Positions 30,688-39,248 of a stretch of DNA of 64,000 nt are shown in pieces. The DNA is from an uncultured Chromatiales bacterium. Its GTDB lineage: Bacteria; Pseudomonadota; Gammaproteobacteria; S012-40. How positions within the stretch are numbered: the first letter of the stretch is position 1; every line of letters begins with the position of its first letter. The stretch spans positions 69,175 to 133,174 of the forward strand of contig CAYUAI010000001.1 of assembly GCA_964442745.1 (NCBI GenBank). Direction: 5' to 3'. The notes under the pieces were generated by a model. It made no database searches, was not told where the DNA came from, and was given only the letters and a program-made list of their open reading frames with translations. Position numbers and translations under genes: made by a program.

Positions 30688-32454
30688 TTACGACACGGCT
30701 TGTTCACCGAACTGCCAACGGACGGCTTCCCGATAGGCGACATGATGTGTCAACAAATCGTGGTGTGTTCCTTGACTCATACTACCATCGTCATTCAGAT
30801 AAATAATATAATCTGCCGCCCGTATCGAAGCATAACGATGTGCAATAATAATCGTTGTTCGCTGATTAGATAATTGATGAATAACATTGATAATTTTTTT
30901 TTCTGTTTGGCTATCTAGTGCAGAACTCACTTCATCGAGCACCAAAATTTTTGGATCTCGCAAAAATACTTGTGCCAAGGAAAATCGCTGCATTTGCCCG
31001 GTTGACATAAACTGACCACGATCACCGATCAGCGTATCTAACCCAAGTGACCACTGTTGAATAAATTCCCAACAGTGACTCATTTCACAAGCTTGCACTA
31101 GCTCTTGTTCGGAGGCATTAGGTTTGGCAAGGAGAAGATTCTCCCGTACTGTCTCATAAATAATCACCGGACCTTGCCACACAATCGCAATATGTTTGCG
31201 AATCGACTCAATACTCACCGCCTGCAGATCTTGCCCATCAATACAAATCGTTCCTGGACTTGGATCATAAAATCGCATCAGCAAATGAGCCAAGGTTGTC
31301 TTACCAACACCACTGCGACCCACAATCGCAACCGTTTTTCCTCCAGCGATAGTGAAATCTAAATGACGAAACAACGGCTCACATTCATCATAAGCAAACG
31401 TCACATCGCTAAAGGTAATGCTACCTTGAGTCACCTTTAAAGGTTGAAGCACACACGTATCATTGACAATGGATGAGGTCACCTTAAAAGGTTCGATAAC
31501 ACGATGCGCCGCCGCTAAATCAGCTTGCGCTTGAAAAGGGGCCTGAGCAATACCACGGACTGGCACGGATGAATACCCTAAATACAATAAAAAACTGACC
31601 AAAGCCCCTAATGACAAGTCACCGGCCTGGATACTTTTGACACCGGCATAAATAACGATGAGTCCCACGAAATAAATAAGGAAAGAAAAACTCGATGAAA
31701 AAGCAACATCTAACCAGCGCTCTTTCATTGCCCATCGAAATGCCTGAGCAAAAGATTTTTCATGGCCGTCTTTGATTTGTTTGGCCGCATCAAATGCATT
31801 GATGCCTCGCAAATGTGTCAAGGTCTTTTCTTCGTAAGCGAGCAATGTCCCATTTTTTTTTAAAAACTGCGCGGCCGCTTGCTTTTTCCGCTTTCCAAAA
31901 AACTGCTGATGCCAAAGAAAAAACGGCGATAACAGAAAGGCAAGCAACGCCAACTGCCAATCGATCCAAAATAACATCAAACAATAAAGTAATGCCGTCG
32001 TCAAATGAGAAACCAAAAAAAACGGTAGCTCAATAAATAAATTTTGGGTTTTATCCACATCGTGACTCATACGCGCCAGCAAATCCCCTTTGCTGTAACG
32101 ATTGGCTTGCATGATAGATAACACCATAAAACGAGCTAGGACTTCTTGCCGAACGCGTCCGACAAAGCGCAACCCAATCCAATTACTGGCTAATGTTGAC
32201 CAAAACAATAACACTTGATTAACTAATATGATAACGATTAGCGTCATCAATGAGACAACCAGTCGAGAGTAATCGCCAGACGCTAAGATATCAAACGGTA
32301 CCCCTAAATACCAAATAAGTGCCGTATTACTTACCGCAATACCAACAATCCCTAACAAAACTAAAAAGGCATAATTTTTATCAGGGAGCAAATACGGCTT
32401 AAAGTAAGAGAAGCTGTTAATGATGTCGGAGAAAAATATCAGTCTAGTCACCAT
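30688..32454 (-). CDS. ABC exporter, fused permease/ATPase (MsbA-like half transporter)
   Basis: 588 aa with a six-TM N-terminal domain followed by Walker A (GRSGVGKTT), the ABC signature (MSTGQMQR) and Walker B (ILVLDEVSSALD). Confidence 0.92.
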   Translation of the reverse strand: MVTRLIFFSDIINSFSYFKPYLLPDKNYAFLVLLGIVGIAVSNTALIWYLGVPFDILASGDYSRLVVSLMTLIVIILVNQVLLFWSTLASNWIGLRFVGRVRQEVLARFMVLSIMQANRYSKGDLLARMSHDVDKTQNLFIELPFFLVSHLTTALLYCLMLFWIDWQLALLAFLLSPFFLWHQQFFGKRKKQAAAQFLKKNGTLLAYEEKTLTHLRGINAFDAAKQIKDGHEKSFAQAFRWAMKERWLDVAFSSSFSFLIYFVGLIVIYAGVKSIQAGDLSLGALVSFLLYLGYSSVPVRGIAQAPFQAQADLAAAHRVIEPFKVTSSIVNDTCVLQPLKVTQGSITFSDVTFAYDECEPLFRHLDFTIAGGKTVAIVGRSGVGKTTLAHLLMRFYDPSPGTICIDGQDLQAVSIESIRKHIAIVWQGPVIIYETVRENLLLAKPNASEQELVQACEMSHCWEFIQQWSLGLDTLIGDRGQFMSTGQMQRFSLAQVFLRDPKILVLDEVSSALDSQTEKKIINVIHQLSNQRTTIIIAHRYASIRAADYIIYLNDDGSMSQGTHHDLLTHHVAYREAVRWQFGEQAVS

Positions 32455-32505
32455 GTAGAAACCTGATTAAGGTTGAATCATTTTTATGTACAAGACATAC
32501 TCAAC

Positions 32506-32542
32506 TAAGGAATGGGCGACGTAATCACTTCCCGGTTTTTAT
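32506..32542. repeat. Short intergenic repeat (family 1b), copy 2
   Basis: TAAGGAATGGGCGACGTAATCACTTCCCGGTTTTTAT matches 5356-5392. It lies in the 104-bp gap between the LplA-like gene and the ABC exporter. Confidence 0.7.
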
Positions 32543-32558
32543 TGCCGATGGGTTTTAG

Positions 32559-33632
32559 CTATCGATCAATACGACATATCCCAGATAAAATATCTCTGAT
32601 AGTTTGAGGGTTCAGAAGGCCATGAATATCATTGACGTTAGCGGTGGACAACCGCCTAAAGCGCTGGTGTAATGCGCCCCCCGTTAGTGCCACACCGCTT
32701 AACCTCTCAAAGACATCCGAATAAACGCGCTGACCTACGTGGTTAACCAATTGACATCCGCCTACCTTACCATCTTTTTGCAACAAAAGCATTCGCATTT
32801 CATCCCCCAGACTCGGCAAATTAATTTCTAACAAATAGGTACGAGAGGCAATTTTAACACCGTTTGGGATCAGTCGCCGCCCAGACTGAAATAGCCATTC
32901 CCGTGACCCCAGCTCATTTTCAGCTATCGTAACTTCCTCATATTCCCGCGACGTTAATTGACTTGGCAGTATTGACAATTGACAGTACTTCTGGATATTT
33001 TTCAGAAAAATAGCCGTTAATTGCTGATAGGTGGGCACCGGCCTGATAGATTCTTGAATCGTTGTCATATGCACACGCAATAACTCAATGAAAGTTTGGC
33101 GAAACGCCGCCGATGGCACATTGAGACAATCCCCCATGGTTTGATAGTTAAAGTCATATAAAAAACTACCCACCATGACCGTGGCATTCTCAATGGTGGC
33201 CGCACCTGTTCCACCGAGTTTACGGCCATTCACTTGAATATCATTGGGCAACTTGAGGTAGGCATTAATACCGAATGCCTGATACGTTTCAATCACCGGA
33301 CGAATAAAAAATGGATATAAATCCGCGACCCTGTTGGGTGCTTTTTTTTGAGGAAAAACAAAGTGAAAAAAAAGCTGGTGCGAATCAAGATACACGGTAC
33401 CACCACCCACGTGGCGACGAATAATCGGCAAGCGATTTTTTTGGCAATAGCCAACATCAATCTCACCAAGATCCTGATGCAAACCAATACAAACATAAGC
33501 CTGACTTGGCTGGCTAATAACCAGTATCGGATGACACTCACTGGACAATGAGGCAGCCAACCCAGGATAAATCGCCTGAGATTTAAGCGGATCGACAACC
33601 CCACATTCAATAACCCTCAAATATTCTCTCAC
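32559..33632 (-). CDS. Lipoate/biotin protein ligase family protein (divergent LplA-like)
   Basis: 357 aa with a GTG start. It carries BPL_LplA_LipB-type motifs: RRHVGGGTVYLD (compare LplA RRSSGGGAVFHD) and the lysine motif GRKLGGTGA (compare GRKVSGSA). A C-terminal domain of about 130 aa follows. Confidence 0.7.
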   Translation of the reverse strand: MREYLRVIECGVVDPLKSQAIYPGLAASLSSECHPILVISQPSQAYVCIGLHQDLGEIDVGYCQKNRLPIIRRHVGGGTVYLDSHQLFFHFVFPQKKAPNRVADLYPFFIRPVIETYQAFGINAYLKLPNDIQVNGRKLGGTGAATIENATVMVGSFLYDFNYQTMGDCLNVPSAAFRQTFIELLRVHMTTIQESIRPVPTYQQLTAIFLKNIQKYCQLSILPSQLTSREYEEVTIAENELGSREWLFQSGRRLIPNGVKIASRTYLLEINLPSLGDEMRMLLLQKDGKVGGCQLVNHVGQRVYSDVFERLSGVALTGGALHQRFRRLSTANVNDIHGLLNPQTIRDILSGICRIDR

Positions 33633-33730
33633 AATACCCCATCAATCGACATGTTTTCCAATGTGAGTTGGATGAACGCCTATAAAGTACCCAATGAAGC
33701 CTGAGCCATCATTCCCCCACAACTTCCCTC

Positions 33731-33758
33731 TTAATGTTTAGCACATGCTCGGTATAAT
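33731..33758 (+). promoter_or_regulatory. Candidate sigma-70 promoter for selO
   Basis: TTAATG, a 16-nt spacer, then TATAAT (33753-33758), about 30 nt upstream of the selO ATG. The -10 is a perfect match and the -35 is weak. Confidence 0.3.
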
Positions 33759-33788
33759 AGAAAAATGACCCTTTGATCCTGAGGCGCA

Positions 33789-35258
33789 ATGAACACATTA
33801 GAAACACTGAATTTTAATACGGCGTTCGCCCAACTTGGCGCCGCTTTTTCTGTGAGACAATCTCCCACGCCACTGAGCAATGCTAAACTTGGAGGATTCA
33901 ACGCCGCCGTTGCCTCGCTCATTGATTTATGTCCGCAAGAATCCAAGCGATTAGACTTTGTCGAATATTTTACTGGTGTTAAGCCATTGCCTGGCATCGA
34001 TCCGATCGCAACCTGTTATTCAGGTCACCAGTTCGGTCATTATGTTCCTCGGCTTGGCGATGGACGAGCTTTATTGCTCGGAGAGATTGTCAATCAGCGT
34101 GGCCAACGCTGGGAAATTCAAACCAAAGGATCCGGCCCCACCCCTTTCTCCCGACAAGGGGATGGTCGTGCCGTGTTAAGATCAAGCCTTCGAGAATATC
34201 TGTGCAGTGAAGCCATGCATGGCTTAGGCATCCCAACGACTCGGGCACTTTGCCTCATCCATAGTGATACCCCCGTCTATCGGGAAACCATCGAAACGGG
34301 CGCGTTATTAGTCCGAGTGGCGCCGAGTCATGTACGCTTTGGCTCTTTTGAATATTTTTTTTATACGGATCAGTACCATCACCTGCAAACCTTAGTAGAT
34401 TACCTCATTGGTGCTCATTATCCAGAACTCCCTGAAAATGAAAATAAATATTTGGCACTACTGGAGTCTATTGTATCAAAAACAGCCGGCTTGATCGCAA
34501 AATGGCAAGCGGTGGGGTTTTGTCATGGCGTGATGAATACCGACAATATGTCCATGCTGGGACTCACCTTAGATTATGGCCCCTTCGGATTTATTGATCA
34601 ATATGACCCCGAGTTTATTTGCAATCATTCCGATCACACAGGCCGCTATGCATTTAATCAACAACCCACCATTGGCTTGTGGAATCTCACGGCATTAGCT
34701 CAATCGCTAACCCCATTCCTTGACATAGAACAAGCCAAGTCAGCCCTCGCCCAGTATGAAACCCATTACATGGCCGCATATAGCCAACAAATGCATCACA
34801 AACTCGGCTTACAGGAAACGACACCAGAGACCGCCGCATTACTCAATAAGCTATTAACATTGCTCGCAAAAAATCAAGTCGATTATAGCTATTTTTTCCG
34901 TCAACTGAGTCAATATGGCACGGAACAATTACCCCTTGCCACCGCCTTGCATGATTTATTTATTGATCGGGAGAATTTTCACCAATGGATTATCAACTAC
35001 CAAGCTCAACTCCGCCACGAAAACCAAGCGGACCCATTACGTTTGCAAGCAATGAATCAAATAAACCCTAAATATGTGCTGAGAAATTATCTGGCTCAAA
35101 TGGCAATCAGTGCAGCACAAAACAACAACGATTTTACGGTGATGGAAGATATTTTAAAAGTAGTCAGTGAACCGTTCCTTGAGCATCCAACACTTGATCA
35201 CTATGCGGCGTTACCACCCGCCTGGGCAACCGCGATCGAAGTGAGTTGTTCCTCGTAA
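33789..35258 (+). CDS. selO: Protein adenylyltransferase SelO (YdiU/UPF0061)
   Basis: 489 aa with a pseudokinase-fold SelO pattern (CYSGHQFGHYVPRLGDGRALLLGE, GVMNTDNMSMLGLTLDYGPFGF). Confidence 0.93.
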   Translation: MNTLETLNFNTAFAQLGAAFSVRQSPTPLSNAKLGGFNAAVASLIDLCPQESKRLDFVEYFTGVKPLPGIDPIATCYSGHQFGHYVPRLGDGRALLLGEIVNQRGQRWEIQTKGSGPTPFSRQGDGRAVLRSSLREYLCSEAMHGLGIPTTRALCLIHSDTPVYRETIETGALLVRVAPSHVRFGSFEYFFYTDQYHHLQTLVDYLIGAHYPELPENENKYLALLESIVSKTAGLIAKWQAVGFCHGVMNTDNMSMLGLTLDYGPFGFIDQYDPEFICNHSDHTGRYAFNQQPTIGLWNLTALAQSLTPFLDIEQAKSALAQYETHYMAAYSQQMHHKLGLQETTPETAALLNKLLTLLAKNQVDYSYFFRQLSQYGTEQLPLATALHDLFIDRENFHQWIINYQAQLRHENQADPLRLQAMNQINPKYVLRNYLAQMAISAAQNNNDFTVMEDILKVVSEPFLEHPTLDHYAALPPAWATAIEVSCSS

Positions 35259-35481
35259 TAAGGAATTAAAACAACAAAACAGCGCAACCTTTTGCTGCAT
35301 TTCATATCAAATCGGGTATAATTGGCGATTAGATAAAAATAACCATTGCCTAAAAATATAATAACAACGAAACAATTTTGTAAGTTCAAATTCCCGACAA
35401 TCAATAGCACATTATTTTATTGCAGGTACATCCATCGGGTTATTTATTCAATGTGGACGGTAAATCATAGAGGAGAGGGGT

Positions 35482-36723
35482 ATGCCAATTAAACAAACCA
35501 TCAGCGCACTTGTAATGACGGCCATTATTGCAGGTTGCAGTGAATCTCAATCAACCCTATCGAAACAAACATCAACGAATAGTAAACAACGCAACCAATC
35601 CGTCATGTTGCTCGCCGAAGAAAAAGGGGACCCCATTAATAACATCGACCCAACAGCAAGCCCTAGGGATTCCATGGCGATGGCAAGCAAAACCGCCATA
35701 TCAGATGCAGCCTATGCGGCAAAAGTGTCTCAAATTCGCAACCGCTCAGCAAACAGCAGCACAGTAACCCCTGCAAACACTGGCGAAACTCAAGTGGTGC
35801 AACACATTGACTATCGTGCCGGAATAATCCAATCTTATAGCACCTTCGAATATCAACTTAGTCAACGCACACGTCGCTTACGCTACATCACACCGGGCAC
35901 CGATGGGATATGGTTCAATAGTGATGATGAAATTGGCAGTTATGTTGAATTTAACGCATTAAAAAATGGCATTCAAACCAATTCGATTCTCTACACTGGC
36001 GCCGGCCCCGATCTCATCTGGCTGACAGAAGATGATTTAGTGCGCTTTTACCGCACAGACGCTTCAGATTCAGCAGACGGGGCCATTGGTAGCGCGGCTT
36101 ATGTGAAACCAGGTATTGATGCCGAATGGTTCACCAGCGATGACGAACTGCGCTGGACCACCGCACAAACCACGAATGCGGATGGGGCCGAGGAATGGAT
36201 TCAATACAGTGACCCAGGTGCGGACGGCGATTGGTTTACCAGTGAGGATAATCTCGTCGGCCATTTTTCCATCCAAACATTTAATACTCAAGGCCTATCA
36301 GACCAACATACCTTTTACCGAAGTCCAGGCCCTGATCTGATCCGCTTCACCGCCGATGACGCCGTCAGTTACTATCATCAATATTTTTATAATGCTGAAA
36401 ACCTATTAAATGAGGTCATCCTTTTTCATGGTGGTCCCGGCCCTGATAACATCTATTTTACCGCCGACGATCGCATTGCTAACTGCTCAGCAATCAGCCA
36501 AAATGCCGATGGATCAGAAAACCAAACTGTCAGTTTTCGACCTGGAGCCGATGCCACTTGTTTTACCGCTGACGATGAAATTCGGCTCTACCATGTGCAC
36601 ACCTATGACTCAACCCAAGATCTTGTCGGCAGCAAAACATTTAGCAGTCCCGGGGCCGATAACGAATGGTTTACTGACGATGATATTATCACTAATGAAA
36701 ATACGTTTGCCCCAGTATCATAA
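35482..36723 (+). CDS. Lipoprotein with eight PG-x-D-x-x-[WF]-F-T-x-D-D repeats
   Basis: It has a lipobox (AIIAGC|S). The eight spaced repeats are PGTDGIWFNSDDE, AGPDLIWLTEDD, PGIDAEWFTSDDE, PGADGDWFTSEDN, PGPDLIRFTADDA, PGPDNIYFTADDR, PGADATCFTADDE and PGADNEWFTDDD. The RBS is strong (GAGGAGAGGGGT-ATG). Confidence 0.8.
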   Translation: MPIKQTISALVMTAIIAGCSESQSTLSKQTSTNSKQRNQSVMLLAEEKGDPINNIDPTASPRDSMAMASKTAISDAAYAAKVSQIRNRSANSSTVTPANTGETQVVQHIDYRAGIIQSYSTFEYQLSQRTRRLRYITPGTDGIWFNSDDEIGSYVEFNALKNGIQTNSILYTGAGPDLIWLTEDDLVRFYRTDASDSADGAIGSAAYVKPGIDAEWFTSDDELRWTTAQTTNADGAEEWIQYSDPGADGDWFTSEDNLVGHFSIQTFNTQGLSDQHTFYRSPGPDLIRFTADDAVSYYHQYFYNAENLLNEVILFHGGPGPDNIYFTADDRIANCSAISQNADGSENQTVSFRPGADATCFTADDEIRLYHVHTYDSTQDLVGSKTFSSPGADNEWFTDDDIITNENTFAPVS

Positions 36724-36740
36724 GTAAGGAGTGATTAAAT

Positions 36741-36817
36741 AACCTCAGTTGAACGCCGCATCGAAGCGTAAGAGGCGGATTTAAATTTGTATATTGTACG
36801 GGGTATCAACTGAGGTT
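36741..36817. terminator. Long-range perfect 12-bp inverted repeat between convergent genes (possible bidirectional terminator or structured element)
   Basis: AACCTCAGTTGA (36741-36752) pairs with TCAACTGAGGTT (36806-36817). The 53-nt interior has a secondary CCGC...GCGG pairing. It lies between the stops of 35482-36723 (+) and 36877-37302 (-). There is no clear U-tract. Confidence 0.35.
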
Positions 36818-36876
36818 TCAGGCGAATAAATTAAGGCATCGGCTCGCAATAACTCGCCCATGTCTTATTCTCGCAT

Positions 36877-37302
36877 TTAATCTTCTAAGGTGACAATCTG
36901 CGGAAAATCTTTTGCATATTTTTGAATCCATTCCGCGGCGGCCTGCCCACCGCTCAACGCTCTCCCCTCCTCGATCAAAACCTCTCTTTTGTAATGCTCA
37001 ATGTGACAAACCTGCTCAATCATACGTGCTCGATAGGCATCATTTTTATCCAAGAGTTCAACACCTAGTTCAAAAAATTGGCTTAATTTTTTACACCACA
37101 CCACTCGACAGTGTGCTTCAAATGCAGGGGTACCAAAAGGAATTTTAATCAATAAAGGGGTACCTTCCTCAATATAGGAATTCGAATGAAATGATAAACC
37201 CCCTAAACTAATATTACTCAATTTATCGGTTTGACATTTCAATGAATCTTGAAACTCTACATCAATTGGGATATCTGAAGGATGCCGAATATATCTGCGC
37301 AT
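36877..37302 (-). CDS. Single-domain PilZ (c-di-GMP binding) protein
   Basis: 141 aa with canonical motifs: RRYIR at residues 2-6 and NISLGG at residues 30-35. Confidence 0.85.
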   Translation of the reverse strand: MRRYIRHPSDIPIDVEFQDSLKCQTDKLSNISLGGLSFHSNSYIEEGTPLLIKIPFGTPAFEAHCRVVWCKKLSQFFELGVELLDKNDAYRARMIEQVCHIEHYKREVLIEEGRALSGGQAAAEWIQKYAKDFPQIVTLED

Positions 37303-37339
37303 TATACCGCCCTCCTTGTTAATGATCGTTAGCTATAAC

Positions 37340-37361
37340 CATACTCAATGCTTTGAGTATG
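37340..37361. promoter_or_regulatory. Perfect palindrome CATACTCAA-TGCT-TTGAGTATG (candidate operator)
   Basis: 9+4+9 inverted repeat, 38 nt upstream of the PilZ ORF start at 37302. It shares the ATACTCA/TGAGTAT half-sites with 20512-20532. A degenerate version, TATACTCA-AG-TAAGTATA, lies at 38452-38469. Confidence 0.45.
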
Positions 37362-37754
37362 CTGGGAATAGAAAATAAATGGCTTTAGCCTTTGCCTGTT
37401 TATCACTATGTACCATAATCAATAAAGGTACTGCATCACCAACCCACCACACAGCCTAAACAAAATGCGGCCGCTCAACCCGAATCTGGCAAAGCGATGT
37501 AACGATTGAGTCAATTACACCAACGACAAGCAGACAACATAAATAAGTGATTTAATTCTCACGTCTAAACTAGTCCCCTATTTATAATTTTATACCATAT
37601 ACTAATAAAAACCTAACATCCTCACTGCGAGCTCCTAATGCAAAGTTTTCATTCAGCATAAAAAGTATTGATGCATGTGGCATAAACTATCACTTTTGCA
37701 TCTGACCGGATGTGAAGTGTGAAACCCAAAAACCAATACTGTAAATTATATCAG

Positions 37755-37945
37755 TGATTAATTTCAGAGAAAAATAGACAGGTAACATGGACTAAGCGTA
37801 GCGAATCCACGAGAAACAAGCCGCGAAAAAAAATGAGTGCACCCTTGGCCTTGTCATCATTCAATGCCACACTGGCACATCACATCAAGTAACTCATTGC
37901 TCATTGCTGATGTGGATTCGCTACACGGAGAAAAAATTTAAAACA
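37755..37945. mobile_element. MITE-like element (family 1), copy B (right arm partly deleted)
   Basis: It aligns with 5431-5625 by eye at roughly 80-85% identity. A 45-nt core, AATGAGTGCACCCTTGGCCTTGTCATCATTCAATGCCACACTGGC (37832-37876), differs at one position. The inner stem CGTAGCGAATCCAC / GTGGATTCGCTAC is retained. Confidence 0.7.
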
Positions 37946-38792
37946 AGTATTCGTCTTTAGATGCGATAAACAACGCCGATATTGAGCCAATTCAATGCGG
38001 GGTGATTGTCATCGATTTTACTTTTTGAGTGTTATTAGCCTCACCAAAACCTTCCGCCCAAGTCAGTTATTAATCATCAAGGCAACACTTATCGCAAGAT
38101 ATATTCCTTAGCCAATAAATAATCTCCTGCACGGAGAAGCCTGGCGACAGCAAACGCCCTATCGCACGATATGTAATGAAAAACAATCACTCGCAAAAAA
38201 ACTTAAATCAATTTTTAACCCAAACGGTGCAAAACAAGCCCGTCTTGTATAATTTTTAGCACCGATACCAATGCTATCGTATCCCGTTGATAGAAAAATA
38301 AATCTCAAATAATCAATCTGGTAGAACCATTTAAATCTAAGCTACGGCCGTCAAAAACATAGACTATTTTCATCGGTGAAAGCCGCTGAGTCATGCACCA
38401 AGCCATCCTCACCCTCATTTCCAAACTTCATACCTGCACTCGTTACTACTATATACTCAAGTAAGTATACCTTTCGCGTAGGTATTAGCATACAATAGCA
38501 ATGTTTATTCAACGATAGCAGCTCATCAGCAACCTTCGATGGAAAAGCAGCGGCGGTATCCAACAACCCCAGCTAACGACTTTTACCACAATCAGCGAAA
38601 CGGCATCAGTTTGTTTGCGCAGCGAACCAAATGGGAGAAATTCAATCACGGTGACAAATATAGTCACTTTTTTTATGTGACAAAATTAACTAACATATAC
38701 CTTCTTATTGCTTTTTTCACTGACCTTTATCACTAAACTTGACACCTTCAGCAAATAGACTAAACAAAGTAAAACAACGATATGGAATTTGA

Positions 38793-39248
38793 GTGAAAAA
38801 GTCTCGGCATTTCAACAAAAAAATTAATCTACTACTCGGAGTCATTTTACTGAGCGCGTTGAGTATTGTTATTCCTGGAATCGCTCATCCCAGCAACACT
38901 GTCATTATTAATGCCTCCGTTCCTCAAACTGAACTCAGTAAAAGTACCCTGCAAGCGATCTTCGGCATGCGTTTGCGAAAATGGCCAAATGGAGCACCTA
39001 TCAAGGTATTTATCTTAAGCGATGAGAACCCCTTACACATCCAATTTTGTAAACTCATATTGAATGCTTTTCCACACCAGCTTAAGCGGGCCTGGAATCG
39101 TTTGGTTTATTCAGGCACAGGACAAGCCCCCATTGAAGTGGCTTCAACGGAACAAATGCTAGCGCGCATTGCGACCACTTCGGGTGCCATCGGGTATATT
39201 GACAGGAGTTTATTAAATGACCAGGTTCGGTCTATACAAATCAAATAA
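38793..39248 (+). CDS. Secreted PstS/PBP-like-2 fragment protein (about one lobe of a phosphate-type binding protein)
   Basis: 151 aa with a GTG start and a signal peptide. It has hallmarks of the PstS-type fold (LQAIFGMRLRKWPNG, TSGAIGYID) but is only about half the length of a full binding protein. Confidence 0.6.
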   Translation: MKKSRHFNKKINLLLGVILLSALSIVIPGIAHPSNTVIINASVPQTELSKSTLQAIFGMRLRKWPNGAPIKVFILSDENPLHIQFCKLILNAFPHQLKRAWNRLVYSGTGQAPIEVASTEQMLARIATTSGAIGYIDRSLLNDQVRSIQIK

